Virus record (IMG/VR): IMGVR_UViG_3300017917_001194
Span: 22,397-86,396 of that record
From: a virus
Length of the DNA: 64,000 nucleotides
Strand: one strand, 5' to 3'
Notes under the pieces: model-generated
What the model was told of the DNA's origin: nothing
Databases searched by the model: none
Seen by the model: the letters and a program-made list of their open reading frames with translations, nothing else
Made by a program: the position numbers and the translations under genes
Shown: one piece after another, positions 8,629 to 16,974 of the stretch
Position numbering within the stretch: the first letter of the stretch is position 1
Layout of the letters: the number at the start of each line of letters is the position of its first letter

Positions 8629-9376
8629 TGTTCAACTTAGTTAGATCAGCGCAGGTATAGTGTTGATAATTTGATTTAAGGACTTCTGGCATTGGCACTC
8701 GACGAATGTCTGTAGTATATCTCCTGGCAATATCTTCAAAGCTCATAGTTTGACCTGTGCCAATGTTCCATATACCCGATTCATTGATGTTTAACATTTT
8801 TAAATGAACATCCACTACACGACTTACATGAACAAAGTCACGTTGGGCCGGCTGACCTTCGAATATTTCTACATATCCTTGTTCTTCTGCTTGCTTCTTA
8901 AATTTGTAAAACGGACTGGCTTGATTACCTTTGTGTTCTTCACCTTCTGGCCCGTACACATTAAAGTAACGAAAACCTTGTGTGATAATGTCGCGTGGAT
9001 TTTGTCGTACATAGCGTTCAAATAAGTATTTTGTCCAGGCATACGGATTACGTGGATCCACCGGCGATGTTTCGTTGAACTCTGCACCTAATCCATATAC
9101 ACTAGCTGAACTGGCCCACTGAAAGTTAGCACCTGTTTCTGCGGCCAGTTCGTATAACTTTACACTGAAATCATAGTTTTGTAACATGATCTTTTCAATG
9201 TCACGTTCCATAGTTGAACTGTTGGCACCAATGTGTATGATCCAGTCAACCTTTTTAATTATAGGGAAGAATGAATCATGCCAATCAAAAGGAATCACTT
9301 CGTGTCCAGCATCGACTAATGTGTCAAACATGTGCTGGCCAATGAATCCACGATAGCCTGTGAGTAATATTTTCAC
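8603..9376 (-). CDS. hldD: ADP-L-glycero-D-manno-heptose 6-epimerase-like
   Basis: TGxxGFIG, GANSST, ASSASVYG, YxxxK, RYFNVYGP.E.HKG.QAS. Confidence 0.8.
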   Translation of the reverse strand: MKILLTGYRGFIGQHMFDTLVDAGHEVIPFDWHDSFFPIIKKVDWIIHIGANSSTMERDIEKIMLQNYDFSVKLYELAAETGANFQWASSASVYGLGAEFNETSPVDPRNPYAWTKYLFERYVRQNPRDIITQGFRYFNVYGPEGEEHKGNQASPFYKFKKQAEEQGYVEIFEGQPAQRDFVHVSRVVDVHLKMLNINESGIWNIGTGQTMSFEDIARRYTTDIRRVPMPEVLKSNYQHYTCADLTKLNITLQTKSN

Positions 9377-9744
9377 TGCTGACTGTCTCCGGGCAAGACA
9401 CGATAGTTGTCTTCGATAGAGTCAGCTGTGCTTACTTCGATAATGGTACCTGCTTCAATGCAGATAAGTTGATGTGGCAGTAATGGTGGATTATGCCATG
9501 TGTCGCCTTCGGCTAATGGTACCTCAATAACATTAGCAGTCTTGGTGTCAATCCACTTGACAATAAACTTACCACTTTGTACATACCATGTTTCATCTTT
9601 CTCTGCGTGAAAGTGCATGGAGAACTTTGCACCTTCAGCAAAGTTTAAGAACTTACCACAATACTTGTCGTTAGTTGCCCATATGTCTTCGCAACCCCAA
9701 CCTTTTTTAACATGACCTTTTAATCTCTTTACTGATCCTGGCAT
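9373..9744 (-). CDS. cupin (mannose-6-phosphate isomerase-like)
   Basis: KGWG.E, SMHFHAEKDETW, PHQL, EVST. Confidence 0.8.
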   Translation of the reverse strand: MPGSVKRLKGHVKKGWGCEDIWATNDKYCGKFLNFAEGAKFSMHFHAEKDETWYVQSGKFIVKWIDTKTANVIEVPLAEGDTWHNPPLLPHQLICIEAGTIIEVSTADSIEDNYRVLPGDSQQ

Positions 9745-10505
9745 AATATTTCCTCTATTGTTGGAGCATACACTCCTGTGTGCTGTACTGTTATACTTGC
9801 GGCTTTGATAGCAAACTCAATACCCTTGCGTATGTTATTGCTGTCTAAAAATCCCACAGCCAATGCCGCTAAGAATGTATCGCCGGCGCCGCACACATCT
9901 ACAACTTCAATACTTGGTGCCGCAAATCCTTCTTCTTGATACTCAGCACCTTGAGCACCTAATGTGACAATCAAATCCTTAGGAAAGGATTTTGCTAGAC
10001 TGTGTTCATGTGCGTTGATTTTAACATAGCAACCTTCAAACCGTTTTAAGTTTGTTTTCTTTGTGTCAATAAAAATTGGTCCAGGATATTGTTTGCGTAA
10101 AGCTTCAATTAGTTCATAACTTACATAACCTTTATTATAATCACTGATTACAATAGCATCTGCATTACTAAGTGTAAAAGGTATGTGATCGAACACTAGT
10201 GGAGAGGAAGTAAAATCTGCGTCTATGCGAACTATGTGTTGCCGACTACGAATGTCAATTAGTCTTGTTTTAGTACCACGTTTCCCCTTCATCGCAACAA
10301 CTTCACAACCAAGTTCTTTTAAGTTGGCCTCGACATTGGAAACCATTCCTGGACGTGCTTCTGTGTGACTGTATCTGAATACCGGCACAGGTGCTTCGGG
10401 GCTGATACGATCTATATGTCCATACTCGTACTCGTCAATACAATCATCACCTATTAGTAATATCTTGTATTTTCTTTGTAGTCGAGTAAGGATCGAGGCG
10501 TTCAA
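9729..10505 (-). CDS. heptose-7-phosphate kinase (HldE/RfaE kinase domain, PfkB family)
   Basis: [27 protein letters not shown]. Confidence 0.85.
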   Translation of the reverse strand: MNASILTRLQRKYKILLIGDDCIDEYEYGHIDRISPEAPVPVFRYSHTEARPGMVSNVEANLKELGCEVVAMKGKRGTKTRLIDIRSRQHIVRIDADFTSSPLVFDHIPFTLSNADAIVISDYNKGYVSYELIEALRKQYPGPIFIDTKKTNLKRFEGCYVKINAHEHSLAKSFPKDLIVTLGAQGAEYQEEGFAAPSIEVVDVCGAGDTFLAALAVGFLDSNNIRKGIEFAIKAASITVQHTGVYAPTIEEILCQDQ

Positions 10506-10839
10506 AGTAAATTATCCCCGGAGCATGTTCTGCACCAATAACGCTGGTACCACGATGGTCAGAACCTTTGACCATAATGTCACACTGCTTTATTAGATTT
10601 ATCAAGTCTTCGTCGGTGTCGAATTCTTTTACGTCATCTACACAACGGAGAGCTCGTAACATTATAGCACGTTCTTCATAGGAATTAATAGGCCTTGCGG
10701 AACCTTTTTTCTCCCGAACACGTCTGTCCGAATCTATAGCAACGGTCAAATGATCACCTAAACTTCGAGCATAGGTTAAAAGTTCTAAGTGCCCTCGATG
10801 TAATATATCAAAGGTTCCGTTGACAAATACCTTTTTCAC
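10447..10839 (-). CDS. heptose-1-phosphate adenylyltransferase (HldE/RfaE domain II)
   Basis: [11 protein letters not shown] (HxGH), KG..RP, KGSD, YSTT. Confidence 0.85.
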   Translation of the reverse strand: MKKVFVNGTFDILHRGHLELLTYARSLGDHLTVAIDSDRRVREKKGSARPINSYEERAIMLRALRCVDDVKEFDTDEDLINLIKQCDIMVKGSDHRGTSVIGAEHAPGIIYFERLDPYSTTKKIQDITNR

Positions 10840-11087
10840 TCGTCAGTCCATTTACGAGTTTGGTCGAAGGACTTTTCTTGAATGGTTCTTTCTTTGAAAA
10901 ATTTACGTGGATTACCGCACATAGCACAATGACTATCACCACATGTGGTAGCGTGTATTTTGCTCAATCTGTGTTCTGGTCCTGTTGGGAATCCGTATGC
11001 TTTGGCGATGCTAGATTGTTTCTTAATAGCACGGATTTTCTTTTGAAGTCGTTTGGAATGCTTGAAACGTTCTACTTGATTGCTCAT
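10836..11087 (-). CDS. small basic Cys-containing hypothetical protein
   Basis: [14 protein letters not shown]; GGAGG RBS. Confidence 0.65.
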   Translation of the reverse strand: MSNQVERFKHSKRLQKKIRAIKKQSSIAKAYGFPTGPEHRLSKIHATTCGDSHCAMCGNPRKFFKERTIQEKSFDQTRKWTDE

Positions 11088-11122
11088 ATTGTGCCCTCCA
11101 CTGTTATTTACACTATAACTGA

Positions 11123-11362
11123 TTACACATCATTTTTAAACAAGTATTTGCCCAAAATAGTCACAGGCGGCATGGGTTTTACGACTAACCCAGTTCGACG
11201 CTCTACTTCTTGAATAAGTTGACGTCCTACGCCTTGACGTCTGTATTCTACATTAACAAAAATATCGCGGATTTCTGCCCGCGAATTATAAACAGCATAC
11301 CCTACAGTACGTCCTGACTCTGTGGCCAGGACGTTACCTGGGTTATGACTAAACTCAATCAT
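11123..11362 (-). CDS. GNAT-family N-acetyltransferase
   Basis: V...YRRQGVGRQL acetyl-CoA motif. Confidence 0.7.
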   Translation of the reverse strand: MIEFSHNPGNVLATESGRTVGYAVYNSRAEIRDIFVNVEYRRQGVGRQLIQEVERRTGLVVKPMPPVTILGKYLFKNDV

Positions 11363-11868
11363 TAACTGTTTAACACTTTTGCCACTGAGTTCATCACTGC
11401 CGCGATTCTACCAATATCTCGTAGTTGCTCTACAGTATAGCCTAATGCCTTCAAGCCATCGTAATGGGCTTTCACGCAGAACTCGCATTTGCCAACAATA
11501 CTTGCGGCAAGACTAAATGCTTCAAAGTTTGCCTTTGTAGTTCCGCCATGACTTGCGATTGCGTTCATTCTTAACTGCGCTGGCAGGCCTTTGAGTTGAG
11601 GATCATCAGACATTTCAACATAGGGATACCAGACATTGTTTTGGGCCATGGTGCTTGCGGCAGTCATCGCAGCATCAGCATGGACAGGGGTGTCTGCCAA
11701 CATGACAGCCAACACTTTTCCGTTGCCAGTTGCGGCCAATGCGGCCACAGCACAGCCCATGGCCACATCTGGATCTAATGTGCTACGCAAAAGGACAGCA
11801 TCAAGATTTAACTTGGTGTCCTTTGCGTATTCTGGCAACGCTTCTTTGATAGCGTCTGTGAATGCCAT
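11362..11868 (-). CDS. ahpD: alkyl hydroperoxide reductase AhpD
   Basis: PEYAKDTKLNL, MAQNNVWY, CEFCVKAH CxxC motif; follows ahpC. Confidence 0.9.
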   Translation of the reverse strand: MAFTDAIKEALPEYAKDTKLNLDAVLLRSTLDPDVAMGCAVAALAATGNGKVLAVMLADTPVHADAAMTAASTMAQNNVWYPYVEMSDDPQLKGLPAQLRMNAIASHGGTTKANFEAFSLAASIVGKCEFCVKAHYDGLKALGYTVEQLRDIGRIAAVMNSVAKVLNS

Positions 11869-12407
11869 TATAGTGTCTCCCCGCCGACTGTGCGGTTACA
11901 AGCACACAATTCGTTTGTTTGAAGGCTATCTAACACACGAAGAGTTTCTTCAGGTGAGCGGCCTACATTCAGATTGTTAACTGTGACATGCTGAATAACA
12001 TTATCAGGGTCAACAATAAAAGTTGCTCTTAATGGAGCACCAGCAGGAGCATAAAATACGCCTAATTGTTCAACTAAACTCAGGTCACCTCGTTGTGTAT
12101 CAGCAAACTGATTGTGGCGAATATTTTTTAGATCTGGGTGGGCATTTTGCCACGCAACAGCACAAAATTCATTGTCTGTAGATCCTGTTAAGAGCACAGC
12201 ATCTCTGTCCTCAAAATCCTGATATAATTTGTCATACCCAACAATTTCTGTGGGGCAAACAAAAGTGAAAGATTTTGGATAGTAAACGATTACTTTCCAT
12301 TTGCCAGGGAATGATTCTTCGTTGATTGTAAAGAACGCATCATCTGGTTGTCCTGGCTTAACACCTGTGATGGTAAATGCTTCAAGTTTGTGTCCTACTG
12401 TTTTCAT
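11868..12407 (-). CDS. ahpC: peroxiredoxin AhpC
   Basis: YPK.FTFVCPTE, RATFIVDP, VGR..EETLRVLD, LCAC. Confidence 0.92.
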   Translation of the reverse strand: MKTVGHKLEAFTITGVKPGQPDDAFFTINEESFPGKWKVIVYYPKSFTFVCPTEIVGYDKLYQDFEDRDAVLLTGSTDNEFCAVAWQNAHPDLKNIRHNQFADTQRGDLSLVEQLGVFYAPAGAPLRATFIVDPDNVIQHVTVNNLNVGRSPEETLRVLDSLQTNELCACNRTVGGETL

Positions 12408-12462
12408 GCTATCTCCTTAAGTTAAAAAAATTTGCTATCAGTATTTGTACTGACATGTGTAA

Positions 12463-12548
12463 AGTATAATAGTATATATCTATTAAGTCAAGGAGATTTA
12501 TAGGTTTTTCCTGAATATTTTTTAATAAGGCTTATAGGAAAAATCAAT
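12463..12548 (-). promoter_or_regulatory. sigma70 promoter with upstream OxyR-like operator
   Basis: TTGACT-N17-TATACT at 12463..12491; ATAG-N7-CAAT and ATAG-N7-CTGA half-site pairs at 12500..12548. Confidence 0.5.
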
Positions 12549-12551
12549 AAC

Positions 12552-13193
12552 TCAATGATAGTGTAGTTGTTTAAGTTCTGGAAGTTTAGCCAAAAATTCC
12601 GTGTGTGGTAGAAATTCGGTGTCAAAGGTCATTGAGCTAATGTCAATGCCGTTGTCTAAGGCCTGTTGATATTTAGAATTTTCAATTATATCAAATATAA
12701 GATGCAATCGGAAAGTATCTCCCCGATTGCAATAGGTGTGATAAATTCGATTGTTTACTTCATAATATTGCCCTACATCAAAATAATGTTCTCTATCTTC
12801 TATACACCAAAAACAATCAGGATTACTAATAATAGGAACATGAATTCGATGACTGTGTTCGTGCCACCAGCATGGATCTACGTGAAATAATAACTTATCT
12901 CCTGGCATCAAACAAGCAATTTCACATTTGATAAATGTATGATCAGGATACAGTGTGTGCATCCATTGATCAACAGTTTTAAATTCATCTAATACACGTT
13001 GAACATCGTATGTTAGTTCTTGTGGTCTTTCTTGTCGAATTCCATATGGAACACGAACTATACGTGTAGTTAATATTTCATTGCGGTCAAAATCCTTTTT
13101 AGACCAGTCTAGACTTAATGCTAATTCTTGAAGATTAGCAATTACCTCCTGGGGTACTGAACCTAAATGAGTAAAGTCTGTGGTTAAAAACAT
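12552..13193 (-). CDS. aspartyl/asparaginyl beta-hydroxylase-like 2OG-Fe(II) oxygenase
   Basis: HVD, RIHVPI, NNRIYH, RLHLIFD. Confidence 0.8.
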   Translation of the reverse strand: MFLTTDFTHLGSVPQEVIANLQELALSLDWSKKDFDRNEILTTRIVRVPYGIRQERPQELTYDVQRVLDEFKTVDQWMHTLYPDHTFIKCEIACLMPGDKLLFHVDPCWWHEHSHRIHVPIISNPDCFWCIEDREHYFDVGQYYEVNNRIYHTYCNRGDTFRLHLIFDIIENSKYQQALDNGIDISSMTFDTEFLPHTEFLAKLPELKQLHYH

Positions 13194-13209
13194 AAAGTAT
13201 ATTTAATAT

Positions 13210-13232
13210 TGGCGGAGACTATTGGATTCGAA
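13210..13232 (-). repeat. tandem degenerate copy of the tRNA-Ser(GCT) 3' end
   Basis: TTCGAATCCAATAGTCTCCGCCA vs TTCGAATCCTATACTCTCCGCCA (2 mismatches in 23 nt). Confidence 0.75.
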
Positions 13233-13321
13233 TGGCGGAGAGTATAGGATTCGAACCTATGCACCGTTATACACAGTGACGGATTAGCAATCCGTTGCAT
13301 TAACCACTCTGCCAACTCTCC
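13233..13321 (-). tRNA. tRNA-Ser(GCT)
   Basis: ACGGA-TT GCT AA-TCCGT, long V arm, CCA. Confidence 0.92.
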
Positions 13322-13326
13322 TAATT

Positions 13327-13402
13327 TGGTGCTGGAGAAAGGAATCGAACCCTCGACATCCGCATTACAAGTGCGGCGCTCTACCGTCTGAGCTACTCCA
13401 GC
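13327..13402 (-). tRNA. tRNA-Thr(TGT)
   Basis: CCGCA-CT TGT AA-TGCGG, CCA. Confidence 0.93.
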
Positions 13403-13403
13403 T

Positions 13404-13841
13404 TTAAAAACTTTTACCTTCGAGATATCTTTGCTTTCTAAAATGTCTTCCATTGCCTCTATTCTTGCCTTTATATGTTTCTGTTTGGCTATGACAATTT
13501 GGACAAATCATTGCTAAGTTATCTTCAGTTTGATTTTGGCTATTACCATCAACGTGTTCCACCTCAAGTGTCAGTGGCTTACCGTTCCATTCTATTGTGC
13601 CGCATATAGCACAACAGTGATTCTGTTTTTCTAACAGATATCTTTTAATATGAACGCTTACACCGTTTGGTCCTGCGCCTACTCTTAATCCTTCTTTCCA
13701 TTCCTTAACGTATCTTTTATATTGAGCAGTTTGTTGGCATTTTATCGAACAGTAAATATTTTTCTTACCAGGATGATAATTTGCTTCTGTACCACAATCA
13801 ATACACAAATATGTTTTAGGGTTAATTCTCTTTTTTGCCAT
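13404..13841 (-). CDS. HNH homing endonuclease
   Basis: CxxC, LEVEHVDGN..N...NL..ICPNCHSQT. Confidence 0.88.
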   Translation of the reverse strand: MAKKRINPKTYLCIDCGTEANYHPGKKNIYCSIKCQQTAQYKRYVKEWKEGLRVGAGPNGVSVHIKRYLLEKQNHCCAICGTIEWNGKPLTLEVEHVDGNSQNQTEDNLAMICPNCHSQTETYKGKNRGNGRHFRKQRYLEGKSF

Positions 13842-13884
13842 GGTATAGCACTCCTTACATTTATTTATGCTATACCAATGAATT

Positions 13885-14073
13885 TTACTCTGCGGCTTCT
13901 ACCACAGGAGGCGTGTAGCCTAATTTTTGAATACGGCGTTGAATTTTAGCCACAATTTTTTTCTTACTTGCACGTTCTAACAGTTTAACCAACTGTGGTC
14001 CATTGAGACTGACAATCTTTACTTCACCGGATTTGGTGTAACCTGGCTTCTTACGATTTAATTTCTTTGACAT
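13885..14073 (-). CDS. small basic hypothetical protein
   Basis: true start MSKKLNRKK at 14073 with AAGGAG RBS; the ORF-track extension is tRNA sequence. Confidence 0.65.
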   Translation of the reverse strand: MSKKLNRKKPGYTKSGEVKIVSLNGPQLVKLLERASKKKIVAKIQRRIQKLGYTPPVVEAAE

Positions 14074-14124
14074 TATTGACTCCTTTGTTCTACTTATTTT
14101 AGTTGTTGTTGCCGATAAAAGTTT

Positions 14125-14209
14125 TGGTACGAGGGGCGGGATTCGAACCCGCAAGGCTATTCGCCGCTGGATTTTAAATCCAGTGTGTAGACCGTTCCAC
14201 CACCCTCGC
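14125..14209 (-). tRNA. tRNA-Leu(TAA)
   Basis: CTGGA-TT TAA AA-TCCAG, long V arm, CCA. Confidence 0.9.
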
Positions 14210-14215
14210 AAAATC

Positions 14216-14494
14216 TTATATAGCGTCTGACAAGTTGGCCCAGGTAATATCCTTGGGATCAACGATGGCTACATTGTATTCGTACTTACGCAATAACTTC
14301 TGAGGTGGTACGGCACGACGTGGCATACCATTAACCTTGCCTGCTGTTGAATCAATTGGTTGTACCCAAACAAAAGTCTTGGAAAACTTAACCACACGTG
14401 CAATCACAATACGGTTATTAGCCACAGTGAATACGTGTTGCCCGATTTCTAATGGTTTGCCTAGTAGATCCTTAACAACATAATCGTTAATCAT
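14216..14494 (-). CDS. hypothetical protein
   Basis: start MINDYVVKDLLG with AGGAG RBS. Confidence 0.65.
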   Translation of the reverse strand: MINDYVVKDLLGKPLEIGQHVFTVANNRIVIARVVKFSKTFVWVQPIDSTAGKVNGMPRRAVPPQKLLRKYEYNVAIVDPKDITWANLSDAI

Positions 14495-14511
14495 ACTAAC
14501 TCCTATATAGT

Positions 14512-14585
14512 TGGAGCAGGGTAAGGGAATCGAACCCTCCGCTCTAGCTTGGAAGGCTAGGGTATTACCACTATACGAACCCTGC
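14512..14585 (-). tRNA. tRNA-Gly(TCC)
   Basis: CTAGC-CT TCC AA-GCTAG, CCA. Confidence 0.92.
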
Positions 14586-14594
14586 ATTTATAAT

Positions 14595-14623
14595 AATATA
14601 ACACAATCTACTATACTTGTCAA
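14595..14623 (-). promoter_or_regulatory. internal sigma70 promoter for the distal tRNAs
   Basis: TTGACA-N17-TATATT just upstream of tRNA-Gly(TCC). Confidence 0.6.
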
Positions 14624-14628
14624 TTAGG

Positions 14629-14713
14629 TGGTGCCCCAGGTGAGACTCGAACTCACACGCCTTTTGGGCAACGGCTTCTAAGACCGTCATGGCTACCATT
14701 ACATCACCGGGGC
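14629..14713 (-). tRNA. tRNA-Leu(TAG)
   Basis: ACGGT-CT TAG AA-GCCGT, long V arm, CCA. Confidence 0.9.
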
Positions 14714-14718
14714 ATATT

Positions 14719-14809
14719 TGGAGGAAGAGGTGGGATTCGAACCCACGGATCGCTCATCACGATCGCTAGTTTTCAAGACTAGAGCCATCAACCACTCGAC
14801 CACTCTTCC
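14719..14809 (-). tRNA. tRNA-Ser(TGA)
   Basis: CTAGT-CT TGA AA-ACTAG, long V arm, CCA. Confidence 0.92.
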
Positions 14810-14810
14810 A

Positions 14811-14885
14811 TGGTAGTAGTGGTAAGATTCGAACTTACACCGGACCGCGTATGAAGCGGGCGCACTACCGTTATGCTACACTACC
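14811..14885 (-). tRNA. tRNA-Met(CAT), elongator-type
   Basis: CCGC-TT CAT AC-GCGG, CCA. Confidence 0.82.
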
Positions 14886-14897
14886 ATAAATATTACT

Positions 14898-15404
14898 ATG
14901 AGAATAAAAGAGATTTTAACTGAAGCACATCACAGCATCATACTAACCATGCCAATTGGACCATGGAAAGTGCAAATCGATTCTCATGCGTATGCTACAT
15001 TACCTGCTCGTAATATTCCGTTAGAAAACTTTACCAATATGATAAGTTATATGTGTTATCTACCGGATGTTCTTCCGACAATTCCTGTTGGGCGCGGTGC
15101 ATATTTTCAAGACACAAATACTGCTATTTCAATATATGTAACACGTGTAGCTGACAATGTCGTTAGAGTAGAAACAGTGTTGGACCGCACAATGAAGCCA
15201 AAGCAACCTTTATTCCGCAGACCAGTGCCTGCACCGGACATGAAAAATCTTAAGCCTGTTGACTACAGCGCAATAAAGGCTGATGTACAAGCCCGCGGTA
15301 GAGATGCAGTTAGTCAAGACTTGGAAAAAACTCTACAACCTATCACACCCGTTAACCGAGCTGAGCGAAGAAAATTCGCCAAAGTAATGCGTCGTTTAAA
15401 ATAA
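14898..15404 (+). CDS. late-expressed hypothetical protein (MRIKEILTE N-terminus)
   Basis: ATAAATA late-promoter motif 5 nt before the ATG; antisense within the tRNA array. Confidence 0.7.
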   Translation: MRIKEILTEAHHSIILTMPIGPWKVQIDSHAYATLPARNIPLENFTNMISYMCYLPDVLPTIPVGRGAYFQDTNTAISIYVTRVADNVVRVETVLDRTMKPKQPLFRRPVPAPDMKNLKPVDYSAIKADVQARGRDAVSQDLEKTLQPITPVNRAERRKFAKVMRRLK

Positions 15405-15440
15405 TCTACCATATAAAAATACTCTTGTGTAAAAATGTTT

Positions 15441-15620
15441 TTATATGGTGGGACTGCTCGGATTCGAACCGAGACTCTTACCGGTTAAAAGCCGGATGTT
15501 TTGGCCAGTTAAACTACAATCCCTCATTTTCTCTTTACGTCGTAGAGCTTTGTTGCTCTTGCGGTGCGAGCCCGCCTTCCGTTTATTTGCTAGTACAGCA
15601 AATGGATTTCTTGGTTTCAT
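15441..15620 (-). CDS. small basic ORF reading through tRNA-Lys (candidate ArfA-like rescue factor)
   Basis: AAAGGAG RBS; MKPRNPFAVLANKRKAGSHRKSNKALRRKEKM then the whole tRNA-Lys in frame to TAA at 15441. Confidence 0.6.
   Translation of the reverse strand: MKPRNPFAVLANKRKAGSHRKSNKALRRKEKMRDCSLTGQNIRLLTGKSLGSNPSSPTI
15446..15523 (-). tRNA. tRNA-Lys(TTT)
   Basis: CCGG-CT TTT AA-CCGG, CCA. Confidence 0.9.
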
Positions 15621-15642
15621 TTTATTCTCCTTTGTTAAAAAT

Positions 15643-15717
15643 TGGCCCGCCGTGCAGGAATCGAACCCACATTCTAGAGGTAGAAGCTCTATGTCCTATC
15701 CATTGAACGAACGGCAG
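15643..15717 (-). tRNA. tRNA-Arg(TCT)
   Basis: TAGAG-CT TCT AC-CTCTA, CCA. Confidence 0.9.
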
Positions 15718-15722
15718 TTATT

Positions 15723-15817
15723 TGGTAGCAGATCTAGGATTTGAACCTAGCCGTTCCGGCCCATCTAGCCAGTCTCCAGAGTTTATAAGTCTCCGCCGCA
15801 CTCCAGTGCTATCTGCC
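15723..15817 (-). tRNA. atypical tRNA with TAT anticodon, tiny D-loop and long variable arm
   Basis: 7-bp acceptor GGCAGAT/ATCTGCT, D arm GCAC-TGGA-GTGC, loop CTTATAA, T arm CTAGG-TTCAAAT-CCTAG, ACCA. Confidence 0.75.
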
Positions 15818-15818
15818 T

Positions 15819-15894
15819 TGGGGTGCTGTATGGGACTCGAACCCATATTAACGGAATCACAATCCGTGGTGTTAACCTTTACACTAACTGCACC
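15819..15894 (-). tRNA. tRNA-His(GTG)
   Basis: ACGGA-TT GTG AT-TCCGT, G-1:C73, CCA. Confidence 0.9.
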
Positions 15895-15895
15895 A

Positions 15896-16369
15896 TTAAC
15901 CGTTGGCTATATTAAGGCTCTTGTACCTATCTGCCGCATAGCTAGCCGCGAATGCTCGGGGCTTGACCATTGGAATAACATTACAAGTACCACGGATATA
16001 ACCTATGGCTTGACCGCATACGTTAGAACTAGCGTAGTGTTCATCTGGGTTTAAGTCTAGGTGAACTTCAACATGGCGATTTTCTAGTACGTCTGCTAAT
16101 TTTAAATACAATTCACTTGCTTTATACACTTCGGTCATCAAGCGAGTGTTAGGACGATCCACGCGATCATAATCACGTTCACGTGAGACTTCGCCAAATA
16201 TCTTACAGCCATTGTTGCCGTTGATGTGTACAACTATAACCGCTGTATAGTCCGCATACCACGCATGATTTACTTGTAATCGTTCACTATCCACACCGAT
16301 ATAAATTTTAGTATCTGGTGTTTGTGCTTCAATGAACGCTTTTAATGCTGGTATGTCAAACTTTTTCAT
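15896..16369 (-). CDS. RNase H-like protein (YkuK/DUF458 type)
   Basis: IYIGVDSE, RLMTEV, EVHLDLN, AASYAAD. Confidence 0.75.
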   Translation of the reverse strand: MKKFDIPALKAFIEAQTPDTKIYIGVDSERLQVNHAWYADYTAVIVVHINGNNGCKIFGEVSRERDYDRVDRPNTRLMTEVYKASELYLKLADVLENRHVEVHLDLNPDEHYASSNVCGQAIGYIRGTCNVIPMVKPRAFAASYAADRYKSLNIANG

Positions 16370-16383
16370 TTAATCCTCACTGG

Positions 16384-16773
16384 TTAATTTGTTGGTAAAC
16401 CTCTTGCCGCTCTGCCTTTACCCCTGTTTTTTCCTTTATAGGTGTCAGTAGTAGCATGACAATTAGGACATAGCAATCTTAAATTTTCTAACTTATTATT
16501 ACCGGCATTGCCATCTATGTGATCTAAATCTAAAGGTATTTTGTTACCTAACCAAGTTTTACCCTTGCACATAGAACATTGATGTCCTTGTATTTTTTTC
16601 ACAAACTCTCTAATAGCCGGGCGTGACCAAACAGAATAGTCACCTTCTTCTAATTTTTTCAGATTATTTTGCTGTCGACCTTCAAAGTAACATTTACGAC
16701 AACAATACATATTAGAGTTACTCAATCGTTTAGGCATAAACGATGTGTTACAAGTTTTACAAACATAGTCCAT
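16384..16773 (-). CDS. HNH homing endonuclease
   Basis: LDLDHIDGNAGNN..ENLRLLCPNCH; paralog of 13404..13841. Confidence 0.88.
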   Translation of the reverse strand: MDYVCKTCNTSFMPKRLSNSNMYCCRKCYFEGRQQNNLKKLEEGDYSVWSRPAIREFVKKIQGHQCSMCKGKTWLGNKIPLDLDHIDGNAGNNKLENLRLLCPNCHATTDTYKGKNRGKGRAARGLPTN

Positions 16774-16816
16774 AACATTATTCTCCTATATCGTATTTAG
16801 TATAATGTCATTATTT

Positions 16817-16890
16817 TGGTGCTTCGTGAAAGAATCGAACTTCCGTGTCCCACTTGTAAGGAGGGCATTCTGCCATTAAATTAACGAAGC
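16817..16890 (-). tRNA. tRNA-Val(TAC)
   Basis: CCCTC-CT TAC AA-GTGGG, CCA. Confidence 0.87.
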
Positions 16891-16895
16891 ATGCG

Positions 16896-16972
16896 TGGCC
16901 GGTCTTGCAGGATTCGAACCCACCACCCCCTGGTTCGTAGCCAGGTACTCTATCCAAATGAGCTAAAGACCG
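16896..16972 (-). tRNA. tRNA-Arg(ACG)
   Basis: CCTGG-CT ACG AA-CCAGG, CCA. Confidence 0.92.
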
Positions 16973-16974
16973 AA

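Noticed and set aside
13184-13453. 89-aa minus-strand ORF
   Set aside because: Translation of tRNA-Thr/Ser sequence with no RBS; shadow ORF.
14125-14713. TAA and TAG anticodons as possible stop suppressors or genetic-code change
   Set aside because: They read UUA and CUA (Leu). Ser(TGA) likewise reads UCA. All three stops terminate genes normally here.
15425-16054. Plus-strand ORFs 15425..15706, 15445..15744 and 15722..16054
   Set aside because: Antisense shadows of tRNA genes.
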